A stretch of 64,000 nt of DNA, taken from sequence record PZ386955.1. The stretch is one strand, 5' to 3'. This document shows positions 9,882 through 18,821 of the stretch, piece after piece (positions within the stretch are counted from its first letter, which is position 1; every line of letters starts with the position of its first letter). The notes below the pieces were generated by a model, which was not told the DNA's origin, searched no databases, and worked only from the letters and a program-made list of their open reading frames with translations. Both the position numbers and the translations under genes were made by a program. This DNA is from a phage.

Positions 9882-10235
9882 ATGAAAATTGTACACGATG
9901 AAATTCAATTTGAAGAGAGTGATCTTCTTGATCTGGATGTGACACTAAGTAAACTGATCTACAACGCACTTTCTGCATATCGTGCAAAAGTGATAGCCAC
10001 AAACAATGTTAAAATTCCTAGTGGGTTACTTCGTCGGATGTACCCACACGCTAAAGGTGACTATCTACCTTATATGGAAGAACGAGCAGCAGAACACTGG
10101 TTAGAAATTCTTGAAAAAATGGAGTCCTCTTTTAAAGATTCAACTCCACCTGAAGAAGTTAATGAAAAACAACGGCAAGAGCGTTTAGAAGGTCGTATTT
10201 TGTTTGCTAAGTATTTCCATAATTTGTGGAGCTAA
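9882..10235 (+). CDS. hypothetical protein
   Basis: 117 aa, RBS AGGAGAG. Confidence 0.55.
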   Translation: MKIVHDEIQFEESDLLDLDVTLSKLIYNALSAYRAKVIATNNVKIPSGLLRRMYPHAKGDYLPYMEERAAEHWLEILEKMESSFKDSTPPEEVNEKQRQERLEGRILFAKYFHNLWS

Positions 10236-10333
10236 ACATATCTGGTAAAATCACTTATATGTTCTTAGTATACTTGTGTAAAGAAGTTATCTAACAGGTG
10301 TTGAGTGGACTATTAAATTAGGAGGGCTTTAAT

Positions 10334-10672
10334 ATGTTTAGTAAAGAAATGAGAGAAGTAATTGCCACTTTGGTAGTTGATCATGGTGTTGAAGTTGAGC
10401 GTCACGTTTGGAACGATGAACCTCCTTTCTTCGATTTGGCATCACGAGCTAAAAGTCATATGCACCTGCTGGAAGACGGTAATGAGTTTGTTCTCCGTAT
10501 GCGTTATGATCGAGAGTTTCGAATTCCGCTTGACACTGAACCAGATGGTGTAGTAATGTGGTTGGCAGAACATTTCGCATACGATGCACTACATGGAAGA
10601 AGTTTTGGTAATGAGCGTTGGGATGCCATTTGTCGTAAGCATAATATTGAACCAGAGTACGGGAGTATGTAA
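10334..10672 (+). CDS. hypothetical protein
   Basis: 112 aa, RBS AGGAGGG. Confidence 0.55.
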   Translation: MFSKEMREVIATLVVDHGVEVERHVWNDEPPFFDLASRAKSHMHLLEDGNEFVLRMRYDREFRIPLDTEPDGVVMWLAEHFAYDALHGRSFGNERWDAICRKHNIEPEYGSM

Positions 10673-10923
10673 TGTTAAGTATCAAACCTAAAATGATAAC
10701 AGAAGACGAAGCAGACTTTATTTTCAAATGTGGACGTGTATGGAGAGAATTCACAAAAGGAAATGAAGTGGTGGTTGTTGTTGAACACAAGATATCTATC
10801 CAGGATCTGTTTGGACAATATATTGATGTTATTAAATTAGGTATTGACAAGGGTTTAGTTGAGGTGTTAACATTAGATCAAGTTGAAGCAGAGCACCTCG
10901 ATAAAGTGGTGGTTGAATTTTAA
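10672..10923 (+). CDS. hypothetical protein
   Basis: 83 aa, start overlaps upstream stop. Confidence 0.5.
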   Translation: MLSIKPKMITEDEADFIFKCGRVWREFTKGNEVVVVVEHKISIQDLFGQYIDVIKLGIDKGLVEVLTLDQVEAEHLDKVVVEF

Positions 10924-10943
10924 AATACAGACGGGAGAAAGGT

Positions 10944-11117
10944 ATGAGTTTCTTTGTTACAGTATTTATGGCTATCTGGATTGTAGTCTCACTCGTTCTT
11001 TTCCTGGTGGGTTGTCTGGAAGAGATTAAGAAAGCGGTTATTTGCGGTTTCTTTGGCTTTATTATCTCTCCTGCCTGGATGTGGTTCTTCATTATGATTG
11101 GTTTCCTTAAAAGGTAA
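10944..11117 (+). CDS. small membrane protein (57 aa)
   Basis: Not in track; RBS GGGAGAAAGG; hydrophobic throughout. Confidence 0.4.
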   Translation: MSFFVTVFMAIWIVVSLVLFLVGCLEEIKKAVICGFFGFIISPAWMWFFIMIGFLKR

Positions 11118-11131
11118 GTGAGGAATAAAGA

Positions 11132-11569
11132 ATGAGTAAAACAAACGTAATCGCAGATAAAGCAACGGATGTACTTCTGAACATGGTTAACGTCACTATT
11201 CAAACAATGAGTGATGTTGTAGAGTTTGGAAAACAACAAATTCCAGAAGTAATCCATCAATTATTAGTGTGGAAAGCAGTATCCGCAGGTTTATGGCAAC
11301 TTTTTAGTATTTGCTTTATGTTTATTACTTTTATTGCTGTGCGGAACCTCGTAAAAGCAATTAAAGATAAAGAATGCCTGTGGTCACGAGATCGCTATGG
11401 TGAAGTATCTGCTTTACCTATTGTTGGTCTTGTTGTCTGTGCTTTCTTTTTCTTTTTAGGATTTGTTATTTTCTTTTCGAATTTTGATTGGCTAAAAATC
11501 ATTATTGCACCAAAAGTGTATCTGATTGAATTTGCTGCTGATTTAATTCGTTCATCTCAACAAAAATAA
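11132..11569 (+). CDS. putative membrane protein
   Basis: 145 aa with several hydrophobic helices. Confidence 0.55.
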   Translation: MSKTNVIADKATDVLLNMVNVTIQTMSDVVEFGKQQIPEVIHQLLVWKAVSAGLWQLFSICFMFITFIAVRNLVKAIKDKECLWSRDRYGEVSALPIVGLVVCAFFFFLGFVIFFSNFDWLKIIIAPKVYLIEFAADLIRSSQQK

Positions 11570-11580
11570 AAGGGGTTAAA

Positions 11581-13191
11581 ATGAAATACACGATTTATGG
11601 TGATATTGTAAGTGTAAATAAAGATATGGGCGTGGAATCTAACTATCTTCCACCTGGATTCTATACTGTTAGTCGTGATCCCCTTGGCAATTATTTTTTA
11701 AGCCGTGGTAATCTAACAGGTGTACCGGATGTTCTGTATGGTGAAACAGAAAAACGAGCAAATCACGTTATCCGTACATTCCATCGCCGGAGTGCACAAG
11801 GTAAAAATACAGGCTTGCTTCTGACAGGAACTAAGGGTAGTGGTAAAACTATGTTAGCCAAACTCATTAGTCGTGATCTTGTAGAAGAAGGTATTCCAAC
11901 TATTATGGTTACTCAAGCCTACAGTGATGCTAATTTCATTGAACTTATTAGCAAGATCACCGACAAAGCAGTGATTATTTTTGACGAGTTTGATAAAGTA
12001 TATGAGAAGAAACAAGATCAAGAAGCACTTCTCACTTTGTTAGATGGTACTGGCAGTGGTAATAAACTGTTTATTCTAACTAAAAACAGTGGCTTTATCT
12101 CTGAATTCTTTCTAAATCGTCCTAGTCGTGTGTTTTATAATTTTAATTATGATAAAATCTCACTAGAAACTATGATTGACTATTTAGATAAAAACCTGGA
12201 TAACAAAGCACACTTTGATAATTTCCAAAGACTTTGGGATGTAAGTTTAGAGTTGTCCTTTGATGTGATCCAAGGTATAGTAGAAGAACTTAATTTCTAC
12301 CCTGATTTATCCTTTAAAGAATGCATCTCTATGATGGGCGTTTCTTTGGGTGGTGGTAATAAATGGGATACTACAAGTATTAACAATTTTAAACGTGGTA
12401 GCGGTTGTCCACAATGTAAGAGGGAGAGACAAACAATGTCCGACGATCAACATATTGCAGATTTCTTTTCTACAGGGGAATTTAAGGAAGGCACTATCTT
12501 CACCAATACAGGGAAACGTAACAAGCGTGATGCAGTATGGATGGTTGAGTGTCCTGTTTGCTCCCATGATGAATATGTTCAAGCAGGTGTTTGTGATGGT
12601 AAATTTTACTCTGCAGGACATAACCTTAAACAAGGGTATATTCCGTGTCGTTGTGGGAACTATCAGTATACAGAAGACCAGATCACCTATAGGGTAAAAA
12701 AGGAAGTAGAAGGGAAAGGGTATGTCTGGGTAGATTGGATTACCAAACCCTCTTCTATAGGTAAGTTTAAATATCTTTGTCTTGTGCATGGTGAGCAGAT
12801 AGGGAGTGCTCGTAATTTATTAAGCCTCGGTCAAGGTTGTCCACAGTGTGCTGGTCATAATCAACAGCAATTATATATTAATATTGTTAAAGATAATGAT
12901 ATTATAGTTGCTCTTAAGTTTGGTATATCTAAAGATAGCGATAGACGATTAAACGGTCAAAATAGCCGTAATCTGTTTTTTATGGAGCGTATTTGTTTAT
13001 ATGATTTTAGCACAGTGAAACAATGTAGGGCTGCTGAAAGAGCTATAAAGAAAAAATTAAAAACTGGTATTTTAACGGCAAGAGAGTTGAAAGATGGTTA
13101 TACAGAAACAGTAAGTGTTTCTGATTTGGAAAATCTTCAAAAAATTATTACACAATATGGTGGCAAATTAGTATACAGTAAGGAGATGTAA
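11581..13191 (+). CDS. AAA-type P-loop ATPase fused to Zn-ribbon repeats and a GIY-YIG-like (T5orf172-like) C-terminal domain
   Basis: Walker A GTKGSGKT, Walker B IIFDEFD; three Cys motifs (GCPQC, CPVC..C, GCPQC); C-terminus YINIVKD..KFGIS..RRL..GYTE resembles GIY-YIG family (tentative). Confidence 0.6.
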   Translation: MKYTIYGDIVSVNKDMGVESNYLPPGFYTVSRDPLGNYFLSRGNLTGVPDVLYGETEKRANHVIRTFHRRSAQGKNTGLLLTGTKGSGKTMLAKLISRDLVEEGIPTIMVTQAYSDANFIELISKITDKAVIIFDEFDKVYEKKQDQEALLTLLDGTGSGNKLFILTKNSGFISEFFLNRPSRVFYNFNYDKISLETMIDYLDKNLDNKAHFDNFQRLWDVSLELSFDVIQGIVEELNFYPDLSFKECISMMGVSLGGGNKWDTTSINNFKRGSGCPQCKRERQTMSDDQHIADFFSTGEFKEGTIFTNTGKRNKRDAVWMVECPVCSHDEYVQAGVCDGKFYSAGHNLKQGYIPCRCGNYQYTEDQITYRVKKEVEGKGYVWVDWITKPSSIGKFKYLCLVHGEQIGSARNLLSLGQGCPQCAGHNQQQLYINIVKDNDIIVALKFGISKDSDRRLNGQNSRNLFFMERICLYDFSTVKQCRAAERAIKKKLKTGILTARELKDGYTETVSVSDLENLQKIITQYGGKLVYSKEM

Positions 13192-13743
13192 ATGCGGATT
13201 ACTGATAAGTATGTGTTCTTCTTCTCGGCAAAAGATGAATTTAGCAACTGGTATCTATCATCTTTTATTGAACCTTTAGCTCCCAAGTATAATAATTCTA
13301 TTACAAGTTCTGTTGAATTTACTTGTGTGGAACAATATATGATGTGGAGAAAAGCATGTTTGTTTTATGATTACAACATTGCATCTTCTATTTTAACCGG
13401 AGATCTAAGATATACAGGAGAAAAAGAACAGGCATATTATAAGCGACTAGGCAGATTAGTTAAAGATTATGATGAAGATACCTGGGCTTCTTTACGGGAG
13501 AAGATTGTCAAGCGTGGTTTGTATCTTAAATACACACAAAATGAAGATCTCAAAAATAAACTTATAGCTTACGCAGATAAGGAGTTTGTAGAGGCAAGTC
13601 CTTATGATTCTATTTATGGTATCAAAATGGGGATGTGGGATCGGGACGTGGAAAATAAGGATTGTTGGAAAGGACAAAATCTTTTAGGAAAATGGCATAC
13701 AGACCTTGCTGTTTATCTAAAATCACAATCTGATATTTCCTGA
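13192..13743 (+). CDS. NADAR (YbiA-like) domain protein
   Basis: FFFSAKDEFSNWY..VEFTCVEQYMMWRKA..LGRLV..W..GQNLLGKWHTDLA pattern; start overlaps upstream stop (TAAATG). Confidence 0.65.
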   Translation: MRITDKYVFFFSAKDEFSNWYLSSFIEPLAPKYNNSITSSVEFTCVEQYMMWRKACLFYDYNIASSILTGDLRYTGEKEQAYYKRLGRLVKDYDEDTWASLREKIVKRGLYLKYTQNEDLKNKLIAYADKEFVEASPYDSIYGIKMGMWDRDVENKDCWKGQNLLGKWHTDLAVYLKSQSDIS

Positions 13744-13961
13744 TATTTTGAAAATTTTTACTTTTATAAAAAGGGGTGTGGGTTTCATGTACGGAAATCC
13801 ACCCTCTGAATAATATATCCAGAGTAAATATTATTCTGTACTCTGTTAATAAAGTATTTAATTTGTTTGTTGGACTATGGTATCTGATCTTTAAAAGGCA
13901 TACTATCTCTTAACTACTATTTATAACAGAACAGTAAAATCATTTTTATAAAAAGGACAAA

Positions 13962-14165
13962 ATTATTTAAAGTTTTTACAGATTTTTGGATACAAATTTT
14001 GAAAATGAAAAGTTCAAGTTTGGTCAAAATTATTTAAAGTTTTTGTACGTATTTCTATCCAGATTTTGAAAATGAAAACTTCAATTTTTTAAAAATTCCC
14101 CAGTTTATTTAAAGTTTTTTTGCCTTTTTCCGTAGAAAAATCAAAAATGAAAAGTTCAATTTCGT
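13962..14165. repeat. three imperfect ~70-bp direct repeats (iteron-like)
   Basis: ATTTAAAGTTTTT ... TTGAAAATGAAAAGTTCAA repeated at ~13962, ~14029 and ~14105. Confidence 0.6.
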
Positions 14166-14180
14166 GTTTTTATAGGTGTG

Positions 14181-14199
14181 TGTATGATAATCATTCTCA
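14181..14199. promoter_or_regulatory. Fur-box-like motif, copy 1
   Basis: TGATAATCATTCTC resembles Fur consensus GATAATGATAATCATTATC; followed by GAGAATGAGAAT and a TGAGAAtttTTCTCA palindrome. Confidence 0.35.
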
Positions 14200-14505
14200 G
14201 TAAGAGAATGAGAATCGTTAGCAAATGAGAATTTTTCTCATTTAGAGAATAACGCGCAGGGGTGGTGTTTGTCTCGCGCTCCCGTGTCCCCTCGCCATAC
14301 AATAAGAATAGCATAACCAACAACAAAAGCAAGCGATTATTTCTATCTTTACATTTCTTTACAAATTTATTTTAGACGAGCTACCGGCGATCAACCTTCC
14401 AACCAGTAGTGCCCTGGTATGTTAGCCCCGCCTTTACGCCGTGGGGGTGGCGCTTCCTCTTCTGTATGTAAAACAGTATAAGCCCGATCCCTGGGCTTGT
14501 CAAGA

Positions 14506-14772
14506 TTATTTTTTGTTTTCTTGCCAGGATAGGACACCTAACCAAAAATACATGTCGCCCCGCGCCCCTGGCGGGATCTTGCTTTCCCCGCCGCCACTGC
14601 AAGCCCATAGATAACCATTTGCGAACGTATCAAAATGATCTATCTCTTCCACCTTATGATCGCCCAGGTTGAGAACGGTTTCAACCTTTAAGCCCGTTGC
14701 GCTTGCTACCTGGTGCACCGTGCCGCCTTGCCAGCCCAATGAGTGCATAAGGTGTAAAGTAGTATTTGTCAT
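14506..14772 (-). CDS. hypothetical protein in GC-rich island
   Basis: 88 aa minus-strand ORF inside plus-strand region, with its own minus-strand promoter, hairpin GCGCCAACCAGGGCGC and RBS AAAGAAAGGG. Confidence 0.4.
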   Translation of the reverse strand: MTNTTLHLMHSLGWQGGTVHQVASATGLKVETVLNLGDHKVEEIDHFDTFANGYLWACSGGGESKIPPGARGDMYFWLGVLSWQENKK

Positions 14773-14850
14773 GGTATCGCCCTTTCTTTGATGTGCGCCC
14801 TGGTTGGCGCGGTAGAAAGATAATAGCCCTTTCCTTTATAGATAGCAAGC
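14773..14850 (-). promoter_or_regulatory. inverted PeSL-like unit (promoter + stem-loop) for ORF 14506..14772
   Basis: Minus-strand TTGCTA-N17-TATTAT followed by GC hairpin and RBS. Confidence 0.4.
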
Positions 14851-15143
14851 AAAAAAGAAATGAAAAAAGATTAAAAAAGGGGGTTGACGTTCCTCACCTG
14901 GTAGCGTATTATTCATCTTGTCGAGGGGGGCGAGGCACAACGACAATAAACAAAAGGAGGGCGCAATGTAGGACGGGCAAAGGTGAGGATCTCCATAATC
15001 CACCGTCACAATAACATTACTTATAAAAGGTTGATAACGATGATCAAGAAAGAAAACAGCTTGACGGTTGGAACGATTAACGCTATCATTCTAGCCGTTC
15101 CATTTTGGATTGTAGTAGCGGTTATTATCTTTTAAAAATATTC

Positions 15144-15200
15144 TTGACAACGTTTTTTAATCTGATAAGATGTATCACATAGGGCGGCAATAGTGCCGCT
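15144..15200 (+). promoter_or_regulatory. PeSL-type early promoter + 5' stem-loop
   Basis: TTGACA, -10-like hexamer, hairpin GGGCGGCAATAGTGCCGCTC, RBS, ATG at 15224. Confidence 0.6.
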
Positions 15201-15223
15201 CATAACAGAAGAGAGAAATAATC

Positions 15224-15496
15224 ATGGCATCATATAGCGCATCAATGATCGTAGCTGGCATCACTGGTAAACCTATGCGCGGTGGCGGATCTTTCGCTAA
15301 TATTAATATTGATGGGCGTTTATCCCTGGACGCAGCGATCACCGTGGCACGGGAAACATTTAAAAAAGAATGTAATTTCAATAAACAAGATTATCTCGGC
15401 TTCGTTATTGAAAAAACCGCGCGCTTTGTTGATTATAAAAGCCCGAAAATGGTTGATACTACACTAAAAGCGCAAGATGTAGCATTTTTGCTTTAA
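15224..15496 (+). CDS. hypothetical protein
   Basis: 90 aa ORF immediately downstream of PeSL unit. Confidence 0.6.
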   Translation: MASYSASMIVAGITGKPMRGGGSFANINIDGRLSLDAAITVARETFKKECNFNKQDYLGFVIEKTARFVDYKSPKMVDTTLKAQDVAFLL

Positions 15497-15499
15497 GGC

Positions 15500-15559
15500 T
15501 TGACACTGAAAAATAATTTGGTAATATCTACTACATAGGGCGGGAAATGGTTTCCCGCC
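15500..15559 (+). promoter_or_regulatory. PeSL-type early promoter + 5' stem-loop
   Basis: TTGACA-N16-TAATAT then GGGCGGGAAATGGTTTCCCGCC hairpin. Confidence 0.65.
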
Positions 15560-15581
15560 AAATCAAAGAAAGGGTAACACA

Positions 15582-15944
15582 ATGAGCAAGCAAATCAATA
15601 CTATCATGTTAAACCTGGTATCTTTCCGCGATGACGTGAAAAATCTTTCGCGTGATGCAGTAGATGCACGGATCGAAAGCTATCGCTCACAGATCGCAAC
15701 ATTACCGCTAAAACGTGATCAACATGCCGCTAATATGATGCTTAATGCTATGCTTAAAAAGATGATTCAATGTGATCTTACCCTGGCTTATGAATATGCT
15801 GGCGATCTCTTTGTAACATACAATAAGCCCGTTCCAGGTATGAGCACAACCAAAGAATTGCATGCCTTAAATCTGCGACAAGATGCATGGGATAATATGC
15901 GCCGCGTTATGGTATGGGTAGAAAGCGGCAAAATTTACGCATAA
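15582..15944 (+). CDS. hypothetical protein
   Basis: 120 aa ORF after PeSL. Confidence 0.6.
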   Translation: MSKQINTIMLNLVSFRDDVKNLSRDAVDARIESYRSQIATLPLKRDQHAANMMLNAMLKKMIQCDLTLAYEYAGDLFVTYNKPVPGMSTTKELHALNLRQDAWDNMRRVMVWVESGKIYA

Positions 15945-15949
15945 AGGCT

Positions 15950-16012
15950 TTACATTACACGAAAACCTGATAAGCTATCTTAAAGCGGGAATAGTTCCCG
16001 CTTTCATAGGAT
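15950..16012 (+). promoter_or_regulatory. PeSL-type promoter + stem-loop
   Basis: TTTACA ... hairpin AGCGGGAATAGTTCCCGCT. Confidence 0.5.
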
Positions 16013-16020
16013 AAAACTTT

Positions 16021-16167
16021 ATGAAACAATATGTAATGAGTATTCACACCAAAAACGGCGCTACTGTTACGACTCCGGCACGGTTTGCACTTGTAAACCG
16101 TTGCAAGAGACTAAAACGAGAGTTAAAAAATAACCGTGCAACGGGCTTTAAACGCTGGGGAGGATAA
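16021..16167 (+). CDS. hypothetical small protein (48 aa)
   Basis: Not in track (<60 aa); follows PeSL hairpin. Confidence 0.4.
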   Translation: MKQYVMSIHTKNGATVTTPARFALVNRCKRLKRELKNNRATGFKRWGG

Positions 16168-16169
16168 TC

Positions 16170-16442
16170 TTGTTTTTTCTAAAAGTTTTTGATAATGTGA
16201 TCGCTTTTGAACATGCTACAACGTTCAACCTGGCGAGATACGCTATCAGGTTTAAAGATAATGTTTATCCCCGTGCTGGAGGCGGTTACACTATTTTTAA
16301 TCATCGTAACGCTCAATTAACGGATATAACGAATCCAGATCCTGGAGTGTATCGCATAGGCTGGCTACCGTCAAAAGACGCGGCAAGCATGTTTAAGGTG
16401 TGTAAACTACTAACAGAAGAGGCGAACGAACATGGGGCGTGA
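16170..16442 (+). CDS. hypothetical protein
   Basis: 90 aa, TTG start after RBS GGAGG. Confidence 0.45.
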   Translation: MFFLKVFDNVIAFEHATTFNLARYAIRFKDNVYPRAGGGYTIFNHRNAQLTDITNPDPGVYRIGWLPSKDAASMFKVCKLLTEEANEHGA

Positions 16443-16986
16443 ATATGTGATCCAGTCCTGGGTAAAGCATGATGCTGATGATCCGCGCATAATACCAGAT
16501 GACATGATCGATCACATGGTAGGGTATAGCGGGGAGCAGATAGGAAATCGAGCGGCAAAGAGCAACGGTCACACAAAAACGCGATCCGTTCGCCCTGGTT
16601 GGCTGGCAAATGGTAACGCTGACATTGCAAGCGCCGCAGATCCAAGCGATGACGCTAAAAATAATCCCTTATACAGCATTGATCCGGCTTTTAAGGTGTT
16701 AGAAGAGTATCCCGCTAAATTAGCCGCACTAGATAAGGCATACGAAGAAAAGCGCATGGCATGGACGGTATACAACACCGCTAAGATGGTGCTAGATGCA
16801 AAATTGATTAAAGCCCAGGAGAAGATCAATAAACTTGTTACCATAGCGCAAGAGGAAGACCAGGACGACCAGGAGGAAGAGGAAGAAATCATGCCTACCC
16901 TGGAAGAGGAAGAGATCCAGCCATACATGCCGACGGAAGAGGAAAAAAGACAAGCTCTAAAAAATTATGAAAATTGTGTTGTGTAA
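16432..16986 (+). CDS. hypothetical protein with acidic C-terminal tail
   Basis: 184 aa; C-terminus EEDQDDQEEEEEIMPTLEEEEIQ. Confidence 0.55.
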   Translation: MGREYVIQSWVKHDADDPRIIPDDMIDHMVGYSGEQIGNRAAKSNGHTKTRSVRPGWLANGNADIASAADPSDDAKNNPLYSIDPAFKVLEEYPAKLAALDKAYEEKRMAWTVYNTAKMVLDAKLIKAQEKINKLVTIAQEEDQDDQEEEEEIMPTLEEEEIQPYMPTEEEKRQALKNYENCVV

Positions 16987-16988
16987 GG

Positions 16989-17046
16989 CTTGACATATAC
17001 AAACAAGCCCCGTAATATGTACCACATAAAGCGGGGCAACGCCCCA
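16989..17046 (+). promoter_or_regulatory. PeSL-type promoter + stem-loop
   Basis: TTGACA ... TAATAT ... hairpin GCGGGGCAACGCCCC. Confidence 0.55.
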
Positions 17047-17067
17047 TAAGGTGAAATAAAAAATCAC

Positions 17068-17095
17068 TTGACACCTGAAATCAGTAAGCTATAAT
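17068..17095 (+). promoter_or_regulatory. sigma70-like promoter
   Basis: TTGACA-N16-TATAAT, near-consensus. Confidence 0.55.
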
Positions 17096-17132
17096 GCTTA
17101 TATAGATTGAAACATTACTAAGGAATAAAAGC

Positions 17133-17312
17133 ATGGCTATTATTGCAAAGACTGAGATCGTAGGTTTAGATTCTATCATCCTGGCATATGAGGAAGCTAT
17201 AGAAATGTATGTGGTTTCCTATGGTGATTATATCCGTGAATATAAATCTATTGATCTAGCTTTTGAATGCTATATTCGCCAGGTCAATAAAGCCTATGAT
17301 GATTATCGTTAA
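17133..17312 (+). CDS. hypothetical small protein (59 aa)
   Basis: Not in track; RBS AAGGAA after tandem promoters. Confidence 0.4.
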   Translation: MAIIAKTEIVGLDSIILAYEEAIEMYVVSYGDYIREYKSIDLAFECYIRQVNKAYDDYR

Positions 17313-17331
17313 AAGTTTTAGTCTTGTGCTA

Positions 17332-17361
17332 TTGACAACGAACGATAGTACAAGCATAATA
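17332..17361 (+). promoter_or_regulatory. sigma70-like promoter (no clear stem-loop)
   Basis: TTGACA ... CATAAT upstream of 17408. Confidence 0.45.
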
Positions 17362-17407
17362 ACTTTTATCGGGAATACTCCTAACTAATCAAAAGAGATC
17401 AAAGACT

Positions 17408-17773
17408 ATGGCTAAAAATATCAATGTTTCTGCTTATGCTACCCTGGCTAACACTGCTAAAATTGAACTATCCAGCATTGAAGCGGTACATATTAGCGCC
17501 CGTCGCTGGTTTCAAAAGTCTTATGGTAACACTTATTTCTCTTTGATGGTTGACGTTGAGATCGGCGGTAAACTGATTGAAGTCGTTAACGTTCCGTTTC
17601 ACTATGGCTACGGGGATCATTTTGATACCGTCGCCCTGGAAGAATTTAGCAAGGTTATCAACCTGGAAGGTAAAGACTTTTCAAATTATGCTTACCTTTC
17701 CCGTTTTTGCCGTGATAATGGGATCGCTGTATACAGTCATGCAAGCGATGTTAAACGTAAAAAAGATTTATAA
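17408..17773 (+). CDS. hypothetical protein
   Basis: 121 aa ORF. Confidence 0.6.
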   Translation: MAKNINVSAYATLANTAKIELSSIEAVHISARRWFQKSYGNTYFSLMVDVEIGGKLIEVVNVPFHYGYGDHFDTVALEEFSKVINLEGKDFSNYAYLSRFCRDNGIAVYSHASDVKRKKDL

Positions 17774-17779
17774 AAAGCA

Positions 17780-17838
17780 TTGACAGCACGAATAAAAAGC
17801 ATATAATACTTATATCGAGAGCGGGAATAGTTCCCGCC
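17780..17838 (+). promoter_or_regulatory. PeSL-type promoter + stem-loop
   Basis: TTGACA-N16-TATAAT then AGCGGGAATAGTTCCCGCC hairpin. Confidence 0.65.
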
Positions 17839-17862
17839 TCACTGAAAAAAGAGATTAACATC

Positions 17863-18102
17863 ATGGCTAAATCTAAAATGTTCTTAGGTCACAAAAACAA
17901 AACTCATTGGAATGTAAGCCTTTGGATCAACAACGATGAAGGTTTTTATAATCTTGCGCGTGAATTTATCGCAGCTAACACCAATAAGAATGACGCAGCG
18001 CGTGATATGATGTTATTTCTTGAAAGTATGGATCAAGATAAAACGCCAGACGGTTACAAGTTCAGTAAAACTGCGATCCGCGCCGCGATGGTTGGAATGT
18101 AA
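17863..18102 (+). CDS. hypothetical protein
   Basis: 79 aa ORF after PeSL. Confidence 0.6.
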   Translation: MAKSKMFLGHKNKTHWNVSLWINNDEGFYNLAREFIAANTNKNDAARDMMLFLESMDQDKTPDGYKFSKTAIRAAMVGM

Positions 18103-18197
18103 AGGAGACATAAAAATGAAACATCGTTCGACCTATCTCACAAAACGTTTTAGCTTAGATCATAAATTGGGCTATTACGGAAGAAATAGAAAATAAT

Positions 18198-18257
18198 TTG
18201 ACACTGTTTAAAATTCTGGTATAGTTTATCACATAGGGCGGGAAATGGTTTCCCGCC
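18198..18257 (+). promoter_or_regulatory. PeSL-type promoter + stem-loop
   Basis: TTGACA-N16-TATAGT then GGGCGGGAAATGGTTTCCCGCC. Confidence 0.65.
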
Positions 18258-18279
18258 AAATGAAAGAAAGGTTATCATT

Positions 18280-18507
18280 ATGGCTATCGTTATTGTTCGT
18301 GTATCCGGCACGGTTGGAATCTCCCAGGTAGTAGCAGTTATCACCGAGAAGAAAGGGGATGATCTTCACTCTTCCTTGAATAGCTGGGCGGTCGCTAACT
18401 TCGGGCAATGGTCGAGCGTTGAGTACATCGAATCCTACCAGGTGCCAACGATTAGCCTAACCGATCTAAATGTTGATCGCTTGTTGTGCCTGGATGGATT
18501 AAACTAA
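18280..18507 (+). CDS. hypothetical protein
   Basis: 75 aa ORF after PeSL. Confidence 0.6.
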   Translation: MAIVIVRVSGTVGISQVVAVITEKKGDDLHSSLNSWAVANFGQWSSVEYIESYQVPTISLTDLNVDRLLCLDGLN

Positions 18508-18515
18508 AAATAATC

Positions 18516-18573
18516 TTGACAAGATAACTAAAATCAGTAAAATGTAATGCATCGGGCGGCAATAGTGCCGCTC
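18516..18573 (+). promoter_or_regulatory. PeSL-type promoter + stem-loop
   Basis: TTGACA-N16-TAAAAT then GGGCGGCAATAGTGCCGCTC. Confidence 0.65.
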
Positions 18574-18594
18574 ATAGTAAGAGAGATTATCAAG

Positions 18595-18810
18595 ATGGCT
18601 AATATCCGCACACTGTTAAAAAATGCAAGTCAAGTTTTATTTTCAGATGACGAGTATTTCAACAAAGACATTACAGGCGTGAAAAATTTAAAAGACGTGA
18701 AGGATGTTATCGGTATCCGTGGATCTTTACGTAAAGGTGACATATACGGTAACAAGGTGCAATATAAACTGTCAAAAGATTATGATTTTACTTTGACAAT
18801 TATCAACTAA
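18595..18810 (+). CDS. hypothetical protein
   Basis: Track ORF 18547..18810 begins inside the hairpin; trimmed to ATG (MANIRT) after RBS. Confidence 0.55.
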   Translation: MANIRTLLKNASQVLFSDDEYFNKDITGVKNLKDVKDVIGIRGSLRKGDIYGNKVQYKLSKDYDFTLTIIN

Positions 18811-18821
18811 GGGATCACAAA

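Noticed and set aside
13962-14165. CRISPR array
   Set aside because: Only three imperfect, long (~70 bp) repeats with no uniform spacers and no cas genes; iteron-like instead.
14381-14608. Track ORF 14381..14608 (75 aa, minus)
   Set aside because: Overlaps the better-supported 14506..14772 frame and a promoter; Arg/Gly-rich translation typical of a GC-rich non-coding frame.
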